Of a DNA stretch of 64,000 nt, positions 49,232 through 58,588 are shown piece by piece. The stretch spans positions 71,475-135,474 of the forward strand of contig NJBI01000002.1 in assembly GCA_005222975.1 (NCBI GenBank), written 5' to 3'. A program made the translations under genes and the position numbers. The notes beneath the pieces are model-generated. The model was given only the letters and a program-made list of their open reading frames with translations, did no database searches and had not been told where the DNA came from. Each line of letters begins with the position of its first letter. The stretch's first letter is position 1. This DNA comes from Promethearchaeota archaeon Loki_b31. GTDB taxonomy: Archaea; Asgardarchaeota; Lokiarchaeia; Sigyniarchaeales; SOKP01.

Positions 49232-49558
49232 GTGAAATCAATGGCAAAAAAAAAGAAAGTACCAGCAGAAACCGAAAGTGAAGATGTTCCCGAAGGAAAA
49301 AGGGATGAGGATGGAGATGAGATTATTGATTTATATGATGAGCAAGATAATTTAGAAGATGATCTTGATTACGATCTAAGTGAGATTAAAGACGATATGT
49401 TAGCGGACGAAACAGAAGAAGAGGAGCTTGGATTGGAAGTTGACGATGTCGTAAAAATGTTAAGAAAAGTGAAATGCGATCCATGTCCTGGTTTAAAGAG
49501 CATACCAGGTTGTAAAATTGCTCATGATCACGGCTGTCCAAAACCCAATAAGCCATGA
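49232..49558 (+). CDS. acidic low-complexity protein with C-terminal Cys/His cluster
   Basis: D/E-rich body; CDPC-x8-C-x3-HxH-x-C tail. Confidence 0.75.
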   Translation: MKSMAKKKKVPAETESEDVPEGKRDEDGDEIIDLYDEQDNLEDDLDYDLSEIKDDMLADETEEEELGLEVDDVVKMLRKVKCDPCPGLKSIPGCKIAHDHGCPKPNKP

Positions 49559-49633
49559 AAAACCAATTTCCTTTTATTTTTTTATTCAAATCTTATCGAA
49601 TTCAGCCTCATAAACTAACATTAGGGATAACTA

Positions 49634-50635
49634 ATGCTCTCAAAGAGTCAAAAACGCATTATTATAATCATTATTGGAATTATTTTTAGTGCATACATCT
49701 GGAATGTAAATGCCTCGTTTGGTAATCCTTTTGAACCGTGTTTGATATTATCAACAACAACTTTTTTAATCATTTACACGCCATTTGAAATATATTGGAG
49801 CTTTAGGGATTTATACTTCGATAGATGGGCTCCTATTAAATTTGGGAGTTTAATAACTTCTAAAATTAAAATCGAAGTTGGCAAAAGCAAAAGAGGAAAA
49901 AGTAGGTGTATTGTAGCTTGTTTAATATGTTCAAACGATCAAGAAATTGTTAAATCCAAAAATACTATTGTTGTTGTCTGCCATGGCTTTTCAGACACAA
50001 AAGAAACTCTACAATACTATTATTTACCGTTAGCTTACCAAGGATATACAATCTTAGCGTATGATGCACGTGGCACGGGAGAGTCTAAAAAGGTAGGAAG
50101 GAGGAGTCAATTTTTAAAGAGAATAGATGATTACAGAAAAATAATTGAATGGGTTAAGGATCATGACCAGCTTAAGAACAAAAAAATCTTTTCCGTCGGA
50201 TTCAGCATCGGAGCTATCACTGTTCTGTGTGGAGGGTTTTCAAATGTTCATATTGAAAAAATGATTGCCATTTCTTCAATATCTTATTACAAACAAAACT
50301 TACCTAAATATAATCCTATAGTAATGCTTAGTTATCTTTTAAAGGGAGTAAAATTGTTCCCAAATAAAGAAGAAAATGAAAAAATATCTCCATACATCGT
50401 AATCGATAAATCTAAACGCTTATTATCAGAAGATATATGGCAATATTATTCTAAGAAAATATTTCTTATTCATGCTAGAAATGATAAAATTATAAAATTT
50501 AAGAATTTCAAGGAAAATGTTGAACTACTAGATCTTTCAGAAGAAAACACATTAGTTTTAAATAAGGGTGGCCACACTCAAAAGAAAAACGAATTAGTTT
50601 TAGTCGCAGCTTCTTTAAAATTTTTTAACGCTTAG
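49634..50635 (+). CDS. membrane-anchored alpha/beta hydrolase
   Basis: Two N-terminal hydrophobic segments; CHGF, DARGTGES, GFSIG, GGH. Confidence 0.85.
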   Translation: MLSKSQKRIIIIIIGIIFSAYIWNVNASFGNPFEPCLILSTTTFLIIYTPFEIYWSFRDLYFDRWAPIKFGSLITSKIKIEVGKSKRGKSRCIVACLICSNDQEIVKSKNTIVVVCHGFSDTKETLQYYYLPLAYQGYTILAYDARGTGESKKVGRRSQFLKRIDDYRKIIEWVKDHDQLKNKKIFSVGFSIGAITVLCGGFSNVHIEKMIAISSISYYKQNLPKYNPIVMLSYLLKGVKLFPNKEENEKISPYIVIDKSKRLLSEDIWQYYSKKIFLIHARNDKIIKFKNFKENVELLDLSEENTLVLNKGGHTQKKNELVLVAASLKFFNA

Positions 50636-50719
50636 CTCAATCTTAAGTTAGAATTTTAAAATTGTTAACTTTAAATATTCCATTTTTAATATAATTTAAA
50701 GTATATAAATTGAATTTTA

Positions 50720-50893
50720 ATGATTTGTCCTATTTGTAGAGAAGAAATTAAACTTCAAAAGTTAAATTCACACTTCAAAATAACTTTAGGAAATTTAATA
50801 AACGGGAAATTTTACGGTAACAAAACTTTTTATTATCATAAGGATTGTTTAAGTGAGAAAAATCTCAATGAGAAAGAGCTTTTAATAGTATAA
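50720..50893 (+). CDS. 57-aa putative zinc-finger microprotein (not in ORF track)
   Basis: Hand translation MICPICREEIKLQKLNSHFKITLGNLINGKFYGNKTFYYHKDCLSEKNLNEKELLIV*; CxxC...HxxC. Confidence 0.7.
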   Translation: MICPICREEIKLQKLNSHFKITLGNLINGKFYGNKTFYYHKDCLSEKNLNEKELLIV

Positions 50894-51014
50894 AATAATA
50901 AGTGTTACTAGCTGCTTCTAATAACATTTCTGAAAAGCCGATAGGTTTTAAGAAAGGCCAGTGTCCCCAGAAAGGTTTCATATCATTTAGGATATTTTAA
51001 GATATATGCTTGTT

Positions 51015-52463
51015 CTAACCAATAACTTTATCCCAATCTGAGAAATCAATTAACTGTTGGTAATTTTTACATATCTTAGCTAATAAGGTACATCCAATGC
51101 AAGACATATTAACAAAATCATCTATAGACAAATTTAAGAGTTTACTATTTTTCTGTGAGAATCCAATACCTCGCTCAACTTCAATTTGACCATCGAAACC
51201 AGATAAATTTACTACAAATTCTTCTTTCTTTAAAGAGCCTTTATATACACCTCTAGCAATTCTTGCTAGACCACCAACTGGGATTATAAGACCTTCTTTT
51301 TGGGCTAAATAGAGTCTTATATCATAGGTATGTTTTCCACCCTTCCACATGATAGTATTAAAGTTAGCCATCTCTTGAATTGTATAGGGATATGGATTAC
51401 GATTTTTCATAAATTTTGCAAAGAACTCTCTTTTACTTTCTTCTATAATGTGTTTAATTCTTAGAGGTTTTTCATTCTTTAAGATTGGAATTACTCCTGC
51501 TCCGCCAGATCCTCCCATAGGTTTAATGATAAAAGATTTATTGTAATTTTTTATTAAATAATTTATTTTTTGGCTTAATTCCTTCTCATTATTAACTTTT
51601 GTGAAAAGTAGATATTTCAAATTAAACTTTTCAAGGAGACTTTTATTGTAAAAACTTGCTAAATATGTGAGAGATTTATCATCAGTAATTTTGAAAATTG
51701 GATTTACAATTATAGTATTTATTCTGCGAAAGTCTTTTTTAATTAGATTAACAAATTCCTCGTCGTTTAGACGTCTCGCTATACCATCTCCAATCAAAAC
51801 CTTAACTTTTTCACCTAGATATTTAATCCATCCATTAGAAAATGTTAACGTTTGATCTAATTCTTTATAATCTGCTATTAAAAACACAATTTCTGCCTTA
51901 TATTCCTTAGAATAATTATCGGAATTAAAAATCTTAAGTGAATAACCCATCGATTTAATTTTTTTCCTAAAATATTCAACCATAATTACTTTTTCATGGA
52001 TTAAAGCGTCGTTTACGGGGACGCCTACTAGCACCAATACTTTTTCATTATTTCCTTTAGATTTTTCTATTGCCTGACTAATTGCCTGAAAGTACCCATT
52101 ATACATTATATCTTGTTGTTTGTTAGTAAGAATAGACAAACCTCGATTAGAACCTCCATTTGTTTCGAGAAGAAAAAATCTCTTACCTTCGGGCTCATCA
52201 CACACCATAAAATCAATGCTACCTGCATAAAATGTGTCAGTATTAACTAGAACATTATCTCCATGTTTAGCTAATTTTATCAAAGCTTTTTCTCTCATTC
52301 GATCTACAAAATTATCATCCTGAGATGAACGAAGTTCCGCGAACGAGATTAAGTTAAGTCCTAAGGTATTTCCTAATTGAATTAATTCTAAATCAGACTC
52401 GGTGATATCTTTTGACATTAATTTAAGGAATTTAGTTAGTAAGTTCTCTCCCAAATACATCAC
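51015..52463 (-). CDS. circularly permuted ATP-grasp ligase
   Basis: IDF...LLETN metal-binding motif at the N-terminus; DDK, IIKPMGGSGGAGV, IQE, YDIR, VVNLS later. Confidence 0.7.
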   Translation of the reverse strand: MMYLGENLLTKFLKLMSKDITESDLELIQLGNTLGLNLISFAELRSSQDDNFVDRMREKALIKLAKHGDNVLVNTDTFYAGSIDFMVCDEPEGKRFFLLETNGGSNRGLSILTNKQQDIMYNGYFQAISQAIEKSKGNNEKVLVLVGVPVNDALIHEKVIMVEYFRKKIKSMGYSLKIFNSDNYSKEYKAEIVFLIADYKELDQTLTFSNGWIKYLGEKVKVLIGDGIARRLNDEEFVNLIKKDFRRINTIIVNPIFKITDDKSLTYLASFYNKSLLEKFNLKYLLFTKVNNEKELSQKINYLIKNYNKSFIIKPMGGSGGAGVIPILKNEKPLRIKHIIEESKREFFAKFMKNRNPYPYTIQEMANFNTIMWKGGKHTYDIRLYLAQKEGLIIPVGGLARIARGVYKGSLKKEEFVVNLSGFDGQIEVERGIGFSQKNSKLLNLSIDDFVNMSCIGCTLLAKICKNYQQLIDFSDWDKVIG

Positions 52464-52667
52464 TCAATCGTGATTTAAAAATTTGATAGTCCGATTTCAA
52501 TTGATCTTATTATGCTTTTAATGCTTTTAAAGATAACAATTATAAATAAAGATATCCTTAGAAGTTTTGCCTGGTTGGTATTTTAATAAATATTGTTAAT
52601 TATTATGGTTAAGATATGTTTTTATTTTCAATTTAAATATATATGACTAGATTAAAGAAAATTATTT

Positions 52668-52930
52668 TTAACGATTTTTAATCATTTTTTGAATGCCACA
52701 AATTTTACACGCATGCCCGTTTTTAATATTATAAGGAGTTGCCCACCATTTATGATTATAACTCCCACATTTCCATTTTAAATGAGTTTTAATGTTAATA
52801 TAATTTTCAGATAGACACCAACCGTCTCGTTCTGAAGCAATTTTCTGCATATCTACTATTGTGTAAGTTAATTGTCTCTTATATTTAGGACAATCACGCC
52901 CTATTTGAGAAGGAGTATCTTTTAAAGAAT
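52668..52930 (-). pseudogene. orphan, internally deleted copy of the zinc-ribbon C-terminus of 54257..56128
   Basis: Matches about 55000-55163 at the nucleotide level, joined to a match of about 54300-54400. Confidence 0.8.
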
Positions 52931-53015
52931 GTATAAATTTTCTATCCTTTGCTGAATTGAACCAGCAAGTAAATGTCCTGAACTATGAGCAAATCCGCAT
53001 TCACCTTTGCGGCAT

Positions 53016-54248
53016 TCACATTTTACTTGATTTATTCGATTCTTCTCTATTCCACATATCAAATTGTTTCTCTAATTCATCAATAAAATCTGAAATTCTT
53101 TCTTGATGTATGTTTATGTAATCTCCATCAATTGTGAAACCAAATTGATCTGCCCAATCAATTAATTTCTCGCTGAATTCCTTGGGGTCTAATTTTAAGA
53201 AATCCCTGAACATATTAATTCGCATCCGGGTAGAAACACTCATCATTTTCTTAACTTTATCTATGAAGGCTCGTTCTTTTTTCTTGCGTTCCATCTCGAG
53301 CTCCTTTTTTGCCATTACCATGCGTACAGCTTGTTCCTGAGTTCTTGTAGAGGTCGATCTATGAGTAACTGATGATCCTGTTGGTTTCCACGGCTTCTTT
53401 CTATATATAGTTTTTTCATGTTTATGTTTACTGTAATAATATAATGCGCCTCCAATGATTGGCGCAAATCCAGCGATACAGATGAAGATTATCCATCCAA
53501 TATCCAAGTTTATACCGCCTATACCAAGGATATTTAGCTTGTAAGTTCCTTCATATTGCATCAATAAAAGAATTCCAGCATTAGGATGTGAAGTTAAATC
53601 ATCATTTCCAACTGGCCCTGAATTAATCTGATTGAAATTTTTAGCCTCGCTTGAATTCCTATTTATCAAGGTCCATGCCCGACAATTCCCATCTTTAGTT
53701 TGACTGACATCATTAGAAGGTATAATGAAATGAATAACTGAATATCCCCAATCATTATCATTGAATTGAGTGGTTATTCCATTACTAATTTCTGTCGAAG
53801 AACATAACCTTGCTTTAAATATACCAATTTTATGGTCTTGTATTACGTTATCCCATAATAAATAGAAATTTTTGGAAGTCATTGGGGCAAAACACATCCA
53901 CTCCCCCTCAATATTAGATGTAATTTCCCCCGTGAAATCTGAATTATCATATAATGCCATTATTAAAGTACGCCATGAATTACAAATAAAATAAACTTCT
54001 CCTGCTTCAAGAAAAAACTGCAAATAAAAGGTATGTCCAATTCCAGAATTTTGAACTTGATAATATTCATCTATAGTTAAAATAGTTGGATTCATTGGTT
54101 CTTCACTGAAAATTACCGAAGTTGGAAGTGATTGTTTAAGACAATGCTCTGATTTTGACTTAATATCAACCATAGGAAATAACCAAATTATTGAAATTGA
54201 AAGAGTAAAAACAAAAATAACAATAAAGAATCTTTTTGAGCTATTCAT
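53016..54248 (-). CDS. membrane protein: signal/TM, extracellular domain, TM, cytoplasmic helical/winged-helix-like domain
   Basis: Hydrophobic N-terminus, second TM GWIIFICIAGFAPIIGGALYYY followed by basic residues; tail DWADQFGFTIDGDY. Confidence 0.8.
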   Translation of the reverse strand: MNSSKRFFIVIFVFTLSISIIWLFPMVDIKSKSEHCLKQSLPTSVIFSEEPMNPTILTIDEYYQVQNSGIGHTFYLQFFLEAGEVYFICNSWRTLIMALYDNSDFTGEITSNIEGEWMCFAPMTSKNFYLLWDNVIQDHKIGIFKARLCSSTEISNGITTQFNDNDWGYSVIHFIIPSNDVSQTKDGNCRAWTLINRNSSEAKNFNQINSGPVGNDDLTSHPNAGILLLMQYEGTYKLNILGIGGINLDIGWIIFICIAGFAPIIGGALYYYSKHKHEKTIYRKKPWKPTGSSVTHRSTSTRTQEQAVRMVMAKKELEMERKKKERAFIDKVKKMMSVSTRMRINMFRDFLKLDPKEFSEKLIDWADQFGFTIDGDYINIHQERISDFIDELEKQFDMWNREESNKSSKM

Positions 54249-56564
54249 TAAATGAATTATAAAATCTTTTTCTTTATAAATTTACTCAAATTCAATTTTT
54301 TACGATTTTTAATCATTTTTTGAATGCCACAAATTTTACACCAATGCCCATTTTTAATACTATGAGGAGTTGCCCACCATTTATGATTACATTTTCCACA
54401 TTCCCATCGTAATTTTACATGAACTCCAAAATATCTTTTAGATAAACAAAAACCATTTCTTGATTTAGCTATTTCATACATTTCTTGAATTTTATCTGGA
54501 GGCGATATATCAAGAGTTCTCCAATCAATTTTTGAAATTCTATTTGGTGGTATAATACCCTGTTCAATGCATTTTTTACGAATAGAATTTTCCATTTCAT
54601 TGAACCGTATTTTATGTAATTTTCCGTTTATCATTTCAAAACCAATTTTAATAAGTATTCTGCCATTTTCATTACATTTGTTTTGTTTCCATATATCTAA
54701 TTTTTGCTGAGCGTGAAATTTTTCAATTGTTTTATGAATGAATTTAATAAATCTATAATGCTGTTCCCCTTGATATTCAAAACTTAAACATAATTCTTCA
54801 TTATCACCATCTAAATGCATTTGAAATTCTTTTTCTGATTTTAACCAAGAAGGATAAGATTTTTTAAATTTTTTATGAAAAATTTCCTCAAACATTGCTC
54901 GGCACATTCGTTCATATAAACCCTCAGCACATTGAGGACACCATGAATCTCTAATCATGATACTTTTAGGAGTTGCCCACCATTCATGATAACATTTTCC
55001 ACACTTCCATTTTAAACGAGTTTTATTGTTAACATAATTTTCAGATAGACACCAACCTCCCCGTTCTGAAGCAATTCTCTGCATATCTGTTATTGTATAA
55101 ATTAATCGTCTATTACATTTAGGACAACCGCGACCTTTTTGAGAGGGTCTATCTTTTAAAGAACTAGGTCGTACATGCCATTCGTGATTACATTTAAGAC
55201 ATTTAAAATCTAATCCTGTTTCATTATTTATATATTCCTTTGAAAGTAATATCCAACCTTTCTCTTCTGCTAATAATCTGTACTCCTCAAAATAATCTTC
55301 CTTTGCTTTAAGATCGAATTTTGCTCTATATAACATTTCTGTTTCAAAAAAAAGTTTTACAAGTTCCCGTAAATAATTTGGAAGATCTTTAGCAGAAGGA
55401 TGCCCTGTAAATCTATAAAGATCTACAAGTTTCATGTCTGTATCATTTAAAATTAATGGAGTCATTTTAATTAATTGAGAAAAAACCCTTTTAGAATTTG
55501 CGTTAAAATCAACATAATTTGACAACCCGTTGTAATTATCCTTTAATATATAAAATATTTTATTCATTATAATATTAATATTAAATTGAGAAATAGATGC
55601 TGACCATTTATCATCTTCCAATTCATTATAAATATGAATTTTTTTATCAATTATGATTTTCCAATGATCATTGTTTATAGTTAATACCAAATTTCCCTGT
55701 TTTATTATATCAAAAATTGGTTGATCATTGCAAATATTATTAAATTTTCCTTCTTTATTCTCAACGATTTCCTTTAACTTCACTTTAAGTTCGGGGCTAA
55801 TTTCCCCTTCAGACACTTGCTCTATCCAATTTCTTATTATTTCTTCTGAATTTTCTTTATTTTCCTGCGCTTTCTTTAAGTTTTTATATTTCTGCGAGAT
55901 GTGCTTAAAAAATTTGCTAAGCACTCGATTAAAAAAAAACCTGTTCATAAGTTCCCACAAATGATTATAAAAATAATCTTTAAAAGCCCGAATATTTGCT
56001 AATAATTCTAATTGGATAGGATCTAGCTCCTGTAGCCTTCCCATCAAGGATTTTAATCTATTCTCTTCTTTTTCAGAGAGTTTTTCGTTTTGAGATTTTT
56101 CATACAATTCCAAAAACTTTCGAGTCAAATCCTCGAACTCGTTATAACTCTCAAGGGCTTTTTTTAACTCGGATTTAAGCTCAGCGTTGCATTCTTCCTC
56201 AGAAGCATCTTTTATCCATTGTTTAAGGGTTGTTTTCCAACTCTCTTCGTCATTTTTTTTTTTTTTTCGCTTTCACTTTTAGAATTTTTAATTTTTTCCG
56301 CTCCTAATTCTCGTTGTTCTAACCATTGGCTATAACCTTTTGTTTTTTGTCTAGAATATATAGGTCTCCTGCCCGTTTCTTGGCGATATAACTCTTGAAG
56401 ACGTTCATCTTCCTCTTCGTCCGATTCGTTTTCCATAGCATCTAATTCTGGTTTTAATACTTCTAAATTTTCTTCATTTTCAACATTTTCATTTGAAATT
56501 TGCTCGTTAATCTCTAAATCGTGTTTTTTAAGCTTTTCATTTATAATCGATTCTTGTTTTAGTT

Positions 56565-57003
56565 CAATTATTTCCTCCAAGTTTTCCTCAGATTTGGTCG
56601 TTTCTATGGATTCTTCTACCCTTGCATCTACCTCCTCTTGCAATTGCCCTTGCTGAAATAATCCCTCTTCTAATTCTACAGCTGGCTCTACTAAATCTAC
56701 TCTATCCAGCTCTTCTTTTAGGTCCTCTTCAGTCGCTTCGTCTTCGTGATCGACTAGTTTTAATTTCTCCAGTTCTTGCGCTTCAATTATTTCTTCTAAG
56801 CTTTCCTCAAACTTAGTCGTTTCTATGGATTCTTCTACCCTCGCATCTATCTCCTCTTGCAATTCTCCTTGCTGAAATAATTTCTCTTCTAATTCTACAG
56901 CCTGCTCTACTAAATCTACTCTATCCAGCTCTTCTTTTAGGTCCTCTTCAGTCGCTTCGTCTTCGTGATCGACTAGTTTTAATTTCTCCAGTTCTTGCGC
57001 TTC
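56565..57003. repeat. 219-bp (73-aa) tandem duplication within coding sequence
   Basis: EAQELEKLKLVDHEDEATEEDLKEELDRVDLVE... occurs twice, offset by 219 nt. Confidence 0.9.
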
Positions 57004-57675
57004 GTATAGTTTTTCTGCGTTTTTAAGCGTTTTGTACATCTCTTCTGCTTCGTGCATTACTTCTTCTATCTCTTCAAGGGGCTTTCCTTCTCGATCTAAT
57101 TTATCGCGAACTTCCCATAGATATTCAAATTCCTCTGTACTAGTAATTTCCTTAGAAGCATCACTAATATCCTCCTTTTCGAGTTCATCGCTCTTGTAAC
57201 CGCTTTCTTGGTCACCCTTAAATTTCTCCGCTACTTCTTGCATAAGTTCTTCTGTTTCTTGCTCCTCTTTATTATTTTGCTCGTTTAGTACCTCTTTTTC
57301 CTTTATTTTTTCATAATATTGCTCAGCATAATACGCCGCATTTTCTTGTTCAGCTTGTGGTTCGACGCTCTAGTCTTCTCCTTTTATTTCTCTGGGATAT
57401 TCGGCTAATTCTTCGATGTCCTTTATAAATTCGCTTTCGTCGGTATTTACAATCGGTTCCATATCGCCTTGATACTCTTCTGGGCGAATCTCGATTTCTT
57501 CTTCTTGTTCCTGGTGTTCCATATGCTCCTCTATTTCTTCTATTTCACTAGTTAAAACTGTAGAAGTTGATTGAGAACCAATATTTTCGTTTTCAATAAC
57601 ATTTCCTACATCTCCAGAGTCTTGATCTTCTTCAGTTCGTTCACCATTTTCATTGTCTTGAGTAGTATCATCTAA

Positions 57676-57915
57676 GATGTCGTCAAACTCGTCTGGCTCG
57701 CTAAATACCTCAGGGATGTCGTCGTCAAACTCGTCTGGCTCGCTAAACGTTTCGGGGATGTCGTCGTCAAACTCGTCTGGCTCGCTAAACGTTTCGGGGA
57801 TGTCGTCGTCAAACTCGTCTGGCTCGCTAAACGTTTCGGGGATGTCGTCGTCAAACTCGTCTGGCTCGCTAAATATTTCGGGGATGTCGTCGTCAAACTC
57901 GTCTGGCTCGCTAAA
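57676..57915. repeat. 42-bp tandem repeat, about 5.8 copies, coding on the minus strand
   Basis: Unit gatgtcgtcgtcaaactcgtctggctcgctaaacgtttcggg reads PE[TIV]FSEPDEFDDDI on the minus strand. Confidence 0.95.
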
Positions 57916-58357
57916 TTCTGAGGATTATATAATTTTAACGGATACCACATTGGAGATAATAGATAAACTGGAAAGTCATTATGATAACGAATCTGAAAGC
58001 TCTTTTAATTCTAACGATAATCAAAACATAATAAAGAAAGAGATTTCAGTTCAAATGCTAAGGGAGTTTAAAGAATTCAGGAAATCTTTTGAAAAATCAT
58101 CGGAAAAACGTGATCTACTCCTAATAAAATCATATATAGATAACTTTATTCAGTTCTTTTTTGAAAAACCAACAAAAAAGCAAATAGCGAAGGTAAAAGT
58201 ATCGTTAGAAAATGTAATTAAAGGTTTTCCAGATGACATGCGGAATTTGGTGTCTGAGGAACACAGTAGAACTCTAGAGCAATACAAATTTTTAATGCCG
58301 AAGAAATGGAAGAAATATGGGAAAGCTTTAATAAACCTCATACCGTTACTAAGATGA
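57916..58357 (+). pseudogene. C-terminal fragment of an unrelated hypothetical protein
   Basis: Protein-like composition begins only after the repeat; the Ser-rich N-terminus in the track is the antisense reading of the repeat. Confidence 0.55.
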
Positions 58358-58440
58358 TTTGAGAATGGGATTCAAAATTTTATTATAGAAAAGTCAAATG
58401 ATAATATTATAGAGGCTTTTAAAGACAGAACCGATGAATA

Positions 58441-58588
58441 TCATAATATGGTTTTTTTTAATATGGCATTTGGAAAGTATAGTGTATATCTAAGACATTT
58501 GTCTGCGATGGACTGCAAATCCCTATAAGATGTTGGACCTTTCACCTCAATTGCAATTCCTATAAACTCTTCTCTTTTTATTTTCTCT
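58441..58588 (-). pseudogene. possible PD-(D/E)XK nuclease remnant
   Basis: IAIEVKG...Q...KCLRY immediately after the Clp1-like gene stop; no independent start. Confidence 0.35.

Larger units (their letters stand above)
54257..57924 (-). pseudogene. disrupted gene of about 1,220 codons: acidic repeats, helical region, three zinc-ribbon repeats and a PD-(D/E)XK/Vsr-like nuclease
   Basis: One reading frame runs from 57924 through an in-frame TAG (57370-57372) into ORF 56212..57243. A single extra A in the A15 tract (56253-56267) joins it to ORF 54257..56128. Nuclease motif LDG.N..L...FEYQGEQHY. Confidence 0.8.

Noticed and set aside
52668-55165. Diversity-generating retroelement TR/VR pair
   Set aside because: Mismatches are not adenine-specific (e.g. 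GCG vs TGG), the copy is a deletion chimera, and no reverse transcriptase is in the window.
57676-57915. CRISPR array
   Set aside because: The units are contiguous 42-bp repeats with near-identical 9-nt variable parts. They preserve a reading frame, and no cas genes are present.
57672-57950. 92-aa Thr/Ser repeat ORF in the track
   Set aside because: It is an alternative frame of the tandem repeat; the acidic frame is continuous with the downstream gene.
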